Below the pieces are notes generated by a model. The model saw only the letters and a program-made list of their open reading frames with translations, did no database searches and was not told the DNA's origin. Made by a program: the position numbers and the translations under genes. A DNA stretch of 63,023 bases, filler included, from Licmophora abbreviata (Eukaryota): NCBI GenBank assembly GCA_900291995.1. It is 14 parts of 14 records of this genome, joined end to end, with 100 filler letters (N's around TTAATTAATTAA, not from the genome) between each part and the next. Parts side by side here need not be neighbours in the genome. Positions count along the whole stretch, not along the records: positions 32,430 to 37,606 come from OLMU01004817.1; positions 37,707 to 41,793 come from OLMU01004818.1; positions 41,894 to 44,956 come from OLMU01004820.1; positions 45,057 to 51,820 come from OLMU01004822.1; 10 more parts are not named here. One strand, 5' to 3'. Position 1 is the stretch's first letter, and each line of letters begins with the position of its first letter. Below, piece by piece: positions 36,168 through 47,002 of the stretch.

Positions 36168-36602
36168 GGTGGATATGAACACTGAAAGAGACAGATAGAG
36201 GTGGAAAAGAGCTTCCGCTTCAGGCCGTTGCCATGTCCACTACGAGTACAGCGTGGACAAGATTGATTCGACTTCGAGAAGGAGCGTAATTGAGTCGAAC
36301 GAGTCATGTGAATCGAGTAAGTCGATGAGATTCTCTTGCGAGCTCGCGAGCTCTGACATATTCACGTTCGTTTCTACGAAGTTTCAGTATGATACTGCAC
36401 CTGTGATGGACCAAAGGACCGGATGACGTCGTCGCGTTTTTCTCGAGAAAGAGTTCTGTTTCGCCCCCACTTTTTTGTTCTGAAGCAAACTCGGAAGAGA
36501 GAAAGACCGTCGGTATTCATTGCTAACGGAGCCTTGTTGGCATTGATTGGTCGTTCGAGACCTACTGCGTCGTCGTTGGTTGTGAGAAACAAGCATACAG
36601 AA

Positions 36603-37933
36603 ATGGGCATACTGACAGTCCTCATTCAGCAGAACGCGTGGGACGATCTCGAGGCGGCCTTGTTGGACTACTCGTCCCCAAGAATCAGAGCCGAGCTGGT
36701 TCGTTCGGATCGTCTTGGAAGAACTCCTCTTCATTATCTCTGTGCCAAGAAGCGAGCACCAGCCAGGATTGTATCGATCATGCTCAAGTATATGGTGGCG
36801 TCATCCTCCCGGACCAAGAGCAACAACAACAAACAGAATGTCGTCTTTCAAGTCGATATCGGAGGCAATACTGTCTTGCAGGCGGCAGCCATGGGAGGGA
36901 ACAGCGACGTGGTTCGAGTATTGCTAGAAGATATTCCATTGTCGATCGCTACTTCTAGTAGCAAAGACGAAGCTTCGTCCATTCTGCGACTTCTATCGCG
37001 CGTCAATGACAAGGGCATGACACCTCTCTACATGGCCTGGCGAAAGCACTTGGACCCCAGTTTTTCCTTGTTCGGTCATCGCGACAGTACGGATTCACGC
37101 TTTATGTTTCCTACTTCTGTGCCATCCAAGGTCGCCACAGATAGGCTTCGGCAGATTGGATGCGTCAAGAGCATGGACGATCTCGTTCGTCTCGCTGAGT
37201 ACGAGCAGCTGCGCGACCTCTGGTACAAGACAGTGCTCTTTCTGCGAGTGCACTCGAGGCAGATGGAACGTACGCCGGAGGCTTCCATTTCGATGGATGT
37301 GCTATTGCGAATGGGAGGTCAGCGAATCATACAGTGTCCTACCATTGTCTTTTGGATGACTCTACAGCTTGTTTTTGACTCACAACGACATGCCCCGACA
37401 GAGGGAAACCATCCTCTTCATTTGGCGGCGGCGTATCCCGAGTTTGCGGAGCTCCCGACAGCTGCTTGCGTTGCATCGTCTCCCAGCAGCGCTCTTCCTG
37501 TCTTCCGAGATGCCAATGCGCCAGTCTTGACACAGCTGGCAGCACGGTATCCCAAAGCAGCACGTGTCCTCAACAAAGATCGCCGACTGGCTCTGCACGT
37601 TGCCATNNNNNNNNNNNNNNNNNNNNNNNNNNNNNNNNNNNNNNNNNNNNTTAATTAATTAANNNNNNNNNNNNNNNNNNNNNNNNNNNNNNNNNNNNNN
37701 NNNNNNAATGGCACAGAGGCGTCTATGCCTTGGTGCGTGCTGCTCCGTCGACCATGGAGACAAGAGACGCAACAACCAGGCTCTATCCGTTCTTGCTTGC
37801 AGCGGCATCGCCGAAAGCGTCCTTGTCCTTGGCGTTTGAGCTACTGCGCGCCAGACCGGATTTGCTTCGTCCGTTTGGTGTTGCGGCTGAGGTAGTAACA
37901 CTACCTCGAAAGAAGCCGAGGTGCACATTATAG
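36603..37933 (+). CDS. Ankyrin-repeat protein, interrupted by gap 37607-37706
   Basis: GRTPLHYLC, GNTVLQAAAMGGNSDVVRVLL, GMTPLYMA, HPLHLAA and C-terminal LYPFLLAA...FELLRARP. Confidence 0.8.
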
Positions 37934-38005
37934 TAGAGCCTTCAACGAGGGCATGAAGTGTATAAATAGCTGTTGCAGTAACTCACTAGTAAAGTACAAG
38001 CACTA

Positions 38006-39376
38006 CTAACTGCTAGATCCCGCTTGAATCATGGTCTCACTCTCTTCATGAATCGCGTCAACAAATGCCTTGACAAGTTCCGGACTCTCCTTACCCCCCA
38101 ATCCTTCGCCAAGATTGGCGATTAATCGTTGTGGTCCAAGCTCCTTTAGCAACTCCTTGGCCGTCTCGCGCACCGTCTCGCTCGTATGGGAACCGTCATC
38201 AATGAGCTCTTTTGGATCGTAGTTGCCCTGCAGTCCCGCTCGATCTCCGACCGTGTCCCGCGCTGTCGCTCGGTCCACCGAGCCGTCAATCGTCACAACA
38301 TCGTAGCCCAAGTTGGACAAGTCTTCATTGGCAAACGAGGCACCTCGCGAAAACACCATGAGTGGCACGTCGGGGAAGCGCGCCTTCATTTCCGTTGCAA
38401 TGTCCTTGAGACAGGGCATGGCGAATTCGTAAAAGTTGGCTTCGTCAATCATCATGCCCATGGCTTCAAAGACCTGCAGCATGTGAGCGCCATTCTCCAC
38501 TTGCGCTGTCAAATACTCGACAATAAGCTTCGTTAGTGTCTGAAGCAATAGGGTAGATTCGTCTGGATGTTCCCGAAGCCAAGTCATGCCAATGTCAGTA
38601 TTCTTACGAGACGACCCTCCCACCATATAAAAGAGTAGAGTCCAAGGCGCAGCGGAGAATCCAATGAGAGGAATCTCCTTCCCTTCCCTGTCCATTTTGA
38701 CTCGAATCTGCCGTACACTCTCCATGACATGTCCCAGGTGCTCTTCCACAAAGTCAGGGGTCATTTCCTGAATGGACGGAATGCGATGCGCCACTTCCTC
38801 AGGTCCACCCAGAGGATTCGGAACTAGAATCCCTACGCCTCCGGGCATAGTGACGTCAATACCGAGAGCTTCTGCAATGACGAGAATGTCGGAGAACAAA
38901 ATGGCAGCGTCCACGTCGTAGCGACGAATCGGCTGCATGGTACACTCGGCGACGTCTTCGGGGAAGGACAACATTTCGAGGAAGCTGCGACCGACTTCTT
39001 CCTTGTAGGCTGTATATTCTGGAAGATGACGTCCTGCCTGACGAAAGAGCCAGATTGGAGTACGCTCGACGGGGTCCTTGCCCAGAGCCGCTCGTACCAT
39101 CAGGTCCTGTTTGGGAGGAGCGGGCGCGACGTACTCGTCCTTGCGATCGAAGGAGAGAGGAAAACTACTCGCAGGAGTGCTGCTTTCCTTCGTAGGCGAA
39201 GCAAGATGATTCAGAATGACTTGACGCGTCATGTCCAAATCGTCGGCGGCCGAAGTGGCGCGCAGACTGCGGAGCACAAAGGGACGGTTGCTCTTTAGCT
39301 GCACCCCGAAGGCCAATGACAGCGTCGCATGGTTACCGAAACAGAGGCAGGACAGGGCTAAGAGAGGCAGTCGCAT
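38006..39376 (-). CDS. hemE: Uroporphyrinogen decarboxylase, plastid-targeted
   Basis: PIWLFRQAGRHLPEY, DAAILFSDIL, LIGFSAAPWTL and LQGNYDP; leader ending SLA|FG. Confidence 0.95.
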   Translation of the reverse strand: MRLPLLALSCLCFGNHATLSLAFGVQLKSNRPFVLRSLRATSAADDLDMTRQVILNHLASPTKESSTPASSFPLSFDRKDEYVAPAPPKQDLMVRAALGKDPVERTPIWLFRQAGRHLPEYTAYKEEVGRSFLEMLSFPEDVAECTMQPIRRYDVDAAILFSDILVIAEALGIDVTMPGGVGILVPNPLGGPEEVAHRIPSIQEMTPDFVEEHLGHVMESVRQIRVKMDREGKEIPLIGFSAAPWTLLFYMVGGSSRKNTDIGMTWLREHPDESTLLLQTLTKLIVEYLTAQVENGAHMLQVFEAMGMMIDEANFYEFAMPCLKDIATEMKARFPDVPLMVFSRGASFANEDLSNLGYDVVTIDGSVDRATARDTVGDRAGLQGNYDPKELIDDGSHTSETVRETAKELLKELGPQRLIANLGEGLGGKESPELVKAFVDAIHEESETMIQAGSSS

Positions 39377-39815
39377 GGTACAGACGGGTGAATCGGTAGG
39401 TAGTCTCACTTTAACTACTACAGTGATGTGCTGGATGTGAGAATGGTGTCGTGTGTTGAAGCAGCATCCTCATGATGTGCGAGCCATTTTCAATTTGAAA
39501 TTGATTGGATTCATTCCACTTGGAAGCAGTTTGGCGCGCAACACGCGAGCCATCCTTGAGGTTGATATGGAGCTCGGACCTCGACGTCTTTTTGGAACAA
39601 TTTAGTTCGAGCCCCGCATGCATGATTGTGGTCCACGGATTGATTCCATCTAGACGTTATCTACTGCTATCATGTCCGTCCCAGATAGAGGGAGTTCAAT
39701 GCTACCATAATGAAGAGAAACGCAACAAGCATTGTTTATTGACAGGGGTAGACGTTTGCAAAACTTAAAATAGGTTCATATACTTCAGAATGCCCTCTCC
39801 GTGAGAAAGACAAAT

Positions 39816-39898
39816 GACCTCTTGGCGCAATGGTAGCGCGTCTGTCTTCGGATCACGAATATAACAGAAGGGTCCCGGTTCGAGCCCGGGAGGGGTTA
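39816..39898 (+). tRNA. trnR-UCG: tRNA-Arg(UCG) with an 11-nt intron (39852-39862)
   Basis: Acceptor GACCTCT/AGGGGTT; D arm GCGC-AATGGTA-GCGC; anticodon stem TCTGT/ACAGA with CT-TCG-G; T arm CCCGG-TTCGAGC-CCGGG. Confidence 0.93.
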
Positions 39899-39899
39899 C

Positions 39900-39907
39900 T
39901 TTTTTTC
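39900..39907 (+). terminator. RNA polymerase III terminator (T8)
   Basis: Run of 8 T immediately after the tRNA. Confidence 0.8.
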
Positions 39908-40100
39908 TAACTTTGTGATGATAGGTATGATACAACTCATTGGGAGGGACCATGGAGTTATGTACCAAACGCATAATGAACTTGAAGTAAAATTTATCGA
40001 TGAATGTTCTCATACTGGCGTCTAGTAGTCACGCAAAAATGCTCATGCTCCAAGAGTCCTACTGGGCTGCTGTGATGGATGACCTAGTAGTCTACTCCTC

Positions 40101-41531
40101 CTAAGCCACCTTCTTGCTGCCCGCCTGTTGTGGGAAGGTGTGTCCGCATTCAGTCAGCACGGCATCCAAGGCTCCCTCCATCGTCGTAACAGTCTCTGGA
40201 ATATTACCCATCTTGTCCAACCCGAAAAGACCCATACGGAACGTGTGCAGGCCTTCCGGTTCGTCGATACGCCACGGTACGCCCATGGCAATCTGCAGTC
40301 CATTCTCCTTGAACTTGGACATCATGACGGGATTCTCAGCTCCAATCGGACTGTAGTATACCAACACCCCCGGAGCTTGGAATCCAGTCGCTGCCACCGA
40401 CGTGAGTCCACGCGCATCGAGCGCTCCTCGTGCTTGCTTGCCCAATTCGAGTTGGGCCTCCTTGAGTTCGGGAAGACCAAACTTGAGGGTTTCGACGCTA
40501 ATCTCATGAAAGTCTCGCAGTGCGTCCGTCGGCATGGTGGTATGGTAGCCAAAGCCTCCCTTTTCGTACGTGTCCATAATGGCCGACCATCGCTTGAGAC
40601 TGACCGAGAAGGAGGTTTCTTGGGTGACGGCCATCTTGGAGGCGGCGGCCTCGGACATCATGACCAAGGCAGCGCAGGCTGGGCCTGTCCAGCCCTTTTG
40701 TGGAGCAGACACGACGACATCCACACCCAGATCCTTCATGTCGGCCCACACAGTACCAGATGCGATACAGTCCAAGACAAAGAGACCGCCGACTTCGTGC
40801 ATGGCCGCGGCAGCTTTCCGAATGTAGTCATCTGGAAGAATCATGCCGGTGGACGTCTCGACATGAGGAGCAAAGAGTACAGCAGGTTTTTCCTCGTGAA
40901 TCTTGGCCACGACCTCGTCAATGGGGTAAGGCGCATACTGTGTATGAGGACTATTCGGGTCCTCCGTAGGAACGGGCTGTGCCTTGAGGACCGTATGGGA
41001 CTTGCACATGCTCTTGCCAGGTCCTCCCATATCGAAAATCTCGGTCCATCGAAAGGAGAACCATCCATTGCGAATCACCATGACGTGCTCGTCCTCTGCA
41101 AACTGTCGAGCGACGGCCTCCATTCCGTAGGTTCCAGAACTGGAGAGAGACAGCAGGAGAAGAAATTCCACGAATGAGCCTAAACTGGAGCAGAACGCAC
41201 TGGTGGCTTACAAGTAGCAGACTTTCTAGATTCGGTTCGTTCATTAGACTCACCCTGGGATGATGGCTACCTTATCGGCGTTATAGGTGACCTTCAGGAG
41301 GTCATTCAGGTCACGCATGACTCGCTGAAATGGATCGCTCATAAGGTTCAAGGAGCGATTGGTAAAGATCACCGAGTATTCCTTGTATTCGCCGAAATCT
41401 TCTTTGGGAACGACCGGGTAGTCCAATTTGCTTCCCGCCGACGCCGAAAAAGCTCTTGCTGCCCCATTCGCAGCATACCGAGAATTGGACCGGCGGGTCA
41501 AAGATCTAGCTGCGGTTCTGGCGAACATCAT
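40101..41531 (-). CDS. Class V aminotransferase (alanine/serine-glyoxylate aminotransferase-like), probably mitochondrial; intron 41140-41253
   Basis: IIPG|SGTYGMEA, HVETSTG, LDCIAS and PLP lysine SAPQKGW; Arg-rich leader MMFARTAARSLTRRS..RAFS. Confidence 0.9.
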
Positions 41532-41893
41532 GGTCGACGTCGTCGTTAACTTTTTGTTTTTTTGCAGCAGATTTCCCGCTTGTGCCGCCGAACCGGTTGA
41601 ACCGGCCCTCTGCTGAAATGATGACGTGTCGATGTCGCTCAAGTTGAAGTTGGAAGTCGGACATGTCGGGACAAAAAATTATGTCACTCGATGGAGAAAG
41701 AGTCTGATTTCAGATTACGCGATCGTCGATGTCTCAAACATGCCGAATTCCCCTCACATTTTGGTCGCGCCTCTGAGCAGTTTTGGCAAGCGANNNNNNN
41801 NNNNNNNNNNNNNNNNNNNNNNNNNNNNNNNNNNNNNTTAATTAATTAANNNNNNNNNNNNNNNNNNNNNNNNNNNNNNNNNNNNNNNNNNNN

Positions 41894-42516
41894 ATCGATT
41901 TCGAGTCTTGATTGAAATCCAGACTCGAACCTTTGCTATATGTCCCCTTCTGGAGAAACAGCTTGCGCTAGTAAAAGACGTTTACGATACTGTCACCAAG
42001 CGTTGGACAGGTCGCTTCCAGTGCGCTACTTCTACCGGCACGGCCGGTATGGTAGAGATCTCTCCGGAGCGAGCACAACGTGCTATCTTCTCAATGCTTC
42101 AGAATGGAGGCACATCCGCCCCGGCCTCCTTCCCAAGTGTGCCCGGACGAGGGCCGCTGATGCATCTCGCATTCCTCAGCTCAACTCTCATGTCGTCATC
42201 GTCGTCCAATCCATCCTCCGAGCTCCTCCGTGCAACATCAGCATCATCGTCATCATCAACAACAACAACAACAAGTCGACGCAGCAGCAGCATCAGTACT
42301 GCGCCGGATCGGCTCCTCGGCAGCAGAAGTAGTAGTTTTCGTACACCAGTACCCTCCATCCAGAATGCGGGCTCGGACCTCTTGCGGCGTCGATCCATTG
42401 AAGACTTGAAGAGAAAGCAGGCGCGCAAGGCCAAGGTGCGCCAACTGGAAAGCAGACGTGCAAGTCTTGGACAGGCTGGTCCGAACACGACGGGGTCTCC
42501 TGGCAGCTATGACTAG
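41894..42516 (+). CDS. 3' part of a hypothetical Ser-rich protein, 5' end in gap
   Basis: Open frame of about 200 codons from the gap edge to the stop at 42516. Confidence 0.5.
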
Positions 42517-42926
42517 TACTTGGACGGTTTTGAAATTGTACCTTATTCTTCCGACATGAGCAACTAGTGTTACATAATATATATAAAAATAAGATATCCA
42601 TTTTTGTTGCACTCCTTAACAATGTTGTCGTCTTTCGTTCGAGTACACTCATTTGCACACATGCGATGAGAGAGTCGGCGAACTAAAGCAAGTAGAATGC
42701 GATACCTCAAGGTCGTACGTACCTACTGGTGAAGTAGGAGCAGGGCACCCGTGAGAGGTACGACGATGACGAGAGGTAGGTGCGCGAACATTACGCGCGT
42801 TCATGACAACGATCTTCCTCTGACCTCGTCTCCGCGCGAAAACGGGATGATGAGATAGGATGTGATGATGATGATGAGCGAGTCTCAAGTCGATGTGACG
42901 AGACATCCGGGAATCTCATCCTCATA

Positions 42927-44729
42927 ATGTCGTGCTACTGGCCCAGAAACTGCATTTCACTTCTTCTTCTGTCTGCTAGAGCGTTGACTCCTACTGCTGC
43001 TGTAACAGACGCTGAAACCCGCCATCATGATGCTGCAAAGAACAAGAACAAGACTCCTCCGCGTCTCATCCTTCCATCGGCCGTGAATGAATCTTATTCT
43101 AGTAACAACAACGACACAGTCCTCCTGGTTACGTTGACAAAGGCCAACTTTGACTTTACATTCCGGCCGACTCCATCGCAGGATGCGAACGAGTTTGTTA
43201 GAGTCGCCGCGAGCCGAGTTCATCGAGCCATCTTTTCGGCTCTCCCAGACTACCCCGAGGATGCTTCTCTGTATTACTGTCCAGCCGTCAGCAGCAGCAT
43301 CCGACGGGTGCCTCTCTTGACACTGGATATTCAGGTGGAGTCTGTCAATATGACGCTGCAGCATGGGGTCGATGAGTCGTATGAGCTTCGCGTAGACCGC
43401 CCATTGTCCGATCATACTACCCCTTCTTCCAGAACAGATGCGACAGCTACGATTCACTCCAAAACTGTCTTTGGGGCTTTACGAGCTTTGGAGACCTTTT
43501 CGCAGCTAGTTGAGTTTGGGTGGACCGAAACACAAGAACACAGCGATAGTATGATGGGCCACGATGATGTTCATGTCTTTGTCATTCACAACACTCCACT
43601 CTCTATACAAGATCGACCCTACTATCCCTTTCGTGGTTTGTTGATTGACACGGCACGGCACTACCTACCAGTATCCTTGATTCTCGACAATCTCGATGCG
43701 ATGAGTCACAGTAAACTCAACGTCTTGCACTGGCACCTCACCGACTCTCAGTCTTTTCCCCTCGTCTCGAGAGTCTATCCCGAGTTGTCTCGGGAAGGGG
43801 CATTTTCGCCGCATCATGTGTACACGCCCGACGATATCCAGCGTGTCATCTACGAGGCCTACCTCCGTGGCATTCGTGTCATTCCAGAGGTGGACACTCC
43901 GGGGCACGTAGCGGCTTTGGGTAAGAGCCACATGGAGCTCTTGACAAGTTGTGAGGATCAGGATGACAGGGTGTCGGAACGTCCACTGGATCCGACGCGT
44001 CCTCAACTCTACTCATTTCTCGAACCGCTCTTTCGAGAGCTGTCTGAAGTGTTTCTGGATGATATGATTCACATGGGAGGAGATGAAGTGGGGGTGGATT
44101 GCTGGAAAGCGTCGAAAGACATTCAGAAGTGGATACGGGAACATGGTCTACATGATGAAAAGGACGTCTACGAGTTCTATGAAACGAATGTCCTGAACAT
44201 GATTACAGGCGCGTGCGGCAAGCAGCCGATCGTGTGGCAAGAAGTCTTCCAGTCAGTCCGAAATCTCAGTGCAAGTGTTATTATCGATGTTTGGAAGGGG
44301 CTCGATGTTGATACAATGCAGAAAGCGACATTGCAGAATCGATCCGTTGTTCTATCTGGATGCTGGTATTTGGATCATCTGGACCAAGACTGGAAGGACT
44401 TTTACAACTGCAAGCCATGGGACTTCAACGGCACATTGCATCAACAATCGTTGGTCATTGGAGGTAAAGCATGCATGTGGGGCGAGAGTGTCGATGCAAG
44501 CAACTTTATGAGTCGCGTTTGGCCCCGCGCGTCTGCTGTGGCAGAGAGATTGTGGACAGGACCGAGTGGTGCGGGAGAAAAATCGATCGATCGGCGCATG
44601 CGCGCATTTCGATGTTACCTACTTCGTCATGGCGTACTGGCCCAACCTGTGGGCACCGGCATATGTGATAAGGAACCTAAGTATGGCAGATTACGGCGAG
44701 CGGATGACTCGGGGGTAACTGAATTTTGA
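42927..44729 (+). CDS. Beta-N-acetylhexosaminidase (GH20), secreted or lysosomal
   Basis: FRGLLIDTARHY, KLNVLHWHLTDSQSFP, PEVDTPGH, catalytic HMGGDEV, CMWGE and WPRASAVAERLW. Confidence 0.95.
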   Translation: MSCYWPRNCISLLLLSARALTPTAAVTDAETRHHDAAKNKNKTPPRLILPSAVNESYSSNNNDTVLLVTLTKANFDFTFRPTPSQDANEFVRVAASRVHRAIFSALPDYPEDASLYYCPAVSSSIRRVPLLTLDIQVESVNMTLQHGVDESYELRVDRPLSDHTTPSSRTDATATIHSKTVFGALRALETFSQLVEFGWTETQEHSDSMMGHDDVHVFVIHNTPLSIQDRPYYPFRGLLIDTARHYLPVSLILDNLDAMSHSKLNVLHWHLTDSQSFPLVSRVYPELSREGAFSPHHVYTPDDIQRVIYEAYLRGIRVIPEVDTPGHVAALGKSHMELLTSCEDQDDRVSERPLDPTRPQLYSFLEPLFRELSEVFLDDMIHMGGDEVGVDCWKASKDIQKWIREHGLHDEKDVYEFYETNVLNMITGACGKQPIVWQEVFQSVRNLSASVIIDVWKGLDVDTMQKATLQNRSVVLSGCWYLDHLDQDWKDFYNCKPWDFNGTLHQQSLVIGGKACMWGESVDASNFMSRVWPRASAVAERLWTGPSGAGEKSIDRRMRAFRCYLLRHGVLAQPVGTGICDKEPKYGRLRRADDSGVTEF

Positions 44730-45285
44730 ATGTTGAGCAACCGGGGGAGCTTGTGAGGTGCTGGGGCGATACAGACTGCATCCGAATGACCCAGGAGGCC
44801 CAATTGTTCAAGGTGTGTGTGAACTTGAGTCGCGGTTCGTCACAGCTCATGCTGACCTGCATAAATATCAGGCCCAAGAGTCATTTTGCGTATTTGTCGA
44901 TCGTGCAATGACCGGAAGGGCATAAGCTTATTTGGGACCTACTCACAAATTCGTCANNNNNNNNNNNNNNNNNNNNNNNNNNNNNNNNNNNNNNNNNNNN
45001 TTAATTAATTAANNNNNNNNNNNNNNNNNNNNNNNNNNNNNNNNNNNNNNNNNNNNACGAGGGTCATGATTGTGAATGCTTGGCGGGACTGACTCGACCC
45101 GTGACTCGGTTCGCTCACAACAGTGTCTACAAAAAATGTCAAGCCTCATCGCAAGATAAGAAGACGCGCACAACCACACGCGGCGACCATGGTAGGGCGA
45201 CGCTACAGGAGTTCTGAGTTCCTCCGCTACCAATTTTAGATACATTCGGACCATCAGAGGTGTCTGGAACCTGAATCTGTAAGAA

Positions 45286-46059
45286 ATGGGCTGGACTGAC
45301 CGATTCACTTGGTCCAAAAAGGACGAGACGTCGCCGTCCGAGTCGTTGTCTCGCTACGTCCAGGTGACGCCCGAGGCGCGTCGTCAGATGCAAGACCTGC
45401 AAGAGACGGCCCTGTCGCACCCTTTCTTATTAATGGGTGTCGGCTGCACGCTCTCCTTTGGTCTCGGGGTTCAGTTCGGTCGCCGCTATCTGCAAACTCC
45501 CTTCTGGCGCCGCTTTACGTCTGTCAATGATATGCCCTCGTCGCACTTTGATCAATCGCAGTGGCTCCGCGGACGCGTCGTGTCGGTCAGCGATGGAGAT
45601 ACGGTGCGGTTTCTGCACGTGCCTACGATCTTTCATGCCAGGGCATTGAGAGACGGCGAAAAACTATCCGAAACGGCTCTGCCGATTCGTATTTGTACTC
45701 TTGATACACCGGAAACAAGTAAATTTGGGAAGCCCGGACAGCCATTCGGAGAAGAGGCAAAAGAGTATTTAGGAAAGCTGGTGCAGGACCATACGGTGCG
45801 AGTGCGACTGCTGACAAAGGACCAGTATGGACGAGCTGTGGCGGAAGTCAAAGTTGGCCTGCTGCTTAGCAAGTACGCCGACGAGCAGATGATCAAGGCT
45901 GGACTGGCGGAAGTCTACCAGGGATCGGGGGCTGTATATGGACGACTGGGAAAAGAGAAATATTTGCAGCTGGAGCAGCAGGCGAGAGATTCCAAGAAGG
46001 GAATCTGGTCGCTGAAGAATCGAGAATCGGCGGCCGAATACAAGGCGAGAACTCAGTGA
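45286..46059 (+). CDS. Staphylococcal nuclease (SNase/LCL3-like) with N-terminal TM segment
   Basis: VVSVSDGDTV, IRICTLDTPE, QPFGEEAKEYL, DQYGRAVA and ARDSKKGIW. Confidence 0.9.
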   Translation: MGWTDRFTWSKKDETSPSESLSRYVQVTPEARRQMQDLQETALSHPFLLMGVGCTLSFGLGVQFGRRYLQTPFWRRFTSVNDMPSSHFDQSQWLRGRVVSVSDGDTVRFLHVPTIFHARALRDGEKLSETALPIRICTLDTPETSKFGKPGQPFGEEAKEYLGKLVQDHTVRVRLLTKDQYGRAVAEVKVGLLLSKYADEQMIKAGLAEVYQGSGAVYGRLGKEKYLQLEQQARDSKKGIWSLKNRESAAEYKARTQ

Positions 46060-46400
46060 AAGACACTAGGCAGTTACAAGGATAACTTTGCCAATCAAAC
46101 TCTTGTAGCGGTACTACGTTTACACGTCTATGTCATCGCGCCCACGAGTCGTAGAGTAGATCTGGGTAGAAAGAACTGCGCACAAGGCAAGCAGGCGTTT
46201 GGTATGATTCCTGATGACGGTATCATCCACCTTCTAGCAACATCCTACCATGTCTGCACTGTCTCCCGTCACAGCTCCTCCACCGCGCGGCTCGATTGTT
46301 ATCGCGCATATCCGCCGATTCTCAAAATGAATGCATAATGATGATGTGATCACATTCTCGGCGTTGATGGTGATTCGTTTGCAGTTCTCTTCCACCGCCG

Positions 46401-46925
46401 ATGACTAGATTGCATAGATCCCCTGTAGAAATCAAAAAAGTGCAAGGCATGTTTCGAATCTTGCGTGGACGGGTGTCGCTAGTAGAAGTCTCCGCGTCCT
46501 CGAGACCGACCATCCGATGCAGCAGCAGCAGTCACCATGCCGCCCGTACGCAGACACGTAGTAGGCTCCCAGCGAAGCAGCAGAGTGACCCGGGTCCTTC
46601 CTCTATCCATCTTTTTGTCAAGGCGGGCTTACCGTTGGTTCTGTTCAGCGTCGGTGCAGCGTGGGTCTTGAAGAATGCGCTGGAAGGCAAAACGAAAGAA
46701 ATGGAGGCCTACAAGGGCACCATGAGCAAGAGCGAACGTCAATATAAACTGGAGCAAGAACAAGAAGAAATGATGGAGAAGATTACCAAGATTCGCAAAC
46801 AAAAATTTGACAATACAAAACGTATTGAGAGACCCGAAGAGATATTAGAGCGACGGCGAAAGGAACGGGAACGGCGCAATGTGTGGTATAGACGGCTGGG
46901 ACGATGGGTCATAGGGAGGCAGTAA
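46401..46925 (+). CDS. COX16: COX16-like cytochrome c oxidase assembly protein
   Basis: Mitochondrial-type leader, single TM FVKAGLPLVLFSVGAAWVL, coiled coil and DNTKRIERP. The start may instead be the ATG at 46449. Confidence 0.65.
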   Translation: MTRLHRSPVEIKKVQGMFRILRGRVSLVEVSASSRPTIRCSSSSHHAARTQTRSRLPAKQQSDPGPSSIHLFVKAGLPLVLFSVGAAWVLKNALEGKTKEMEAYKGTMSKSERQYKLEQEQEEMMEKITKIRKQKFDNTKRIERPEEILERRRKERERRNVWYRRLGRWVIGRQ

Positions 46926-47002
46926 GTAAGCAATCACAAGCAACGATGACAGTTACTCAATTTTAGACTCTCCCAGTAGTAAGAAGCCTGTTTGCTTCAG
47001 TT

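Noticed and set aside
40128..41177. 349-aa antisense ORF over the aminotransferase, and similar antisense ORFs over RPL11, NYN, the kinase and HSP70
   Set aside because: Shadow ORFs from codon bias on the opposite strand; no recognisable motifs.
45286..46059. SNase plus NYN nuclease as a defence or mobile-element system
   Set aside because: They are 25 kb apart among housekeeping genes; the SNase looks like the widespread LCL3-type; no transposase, integrase or reverse transcriptase is visible in the window.
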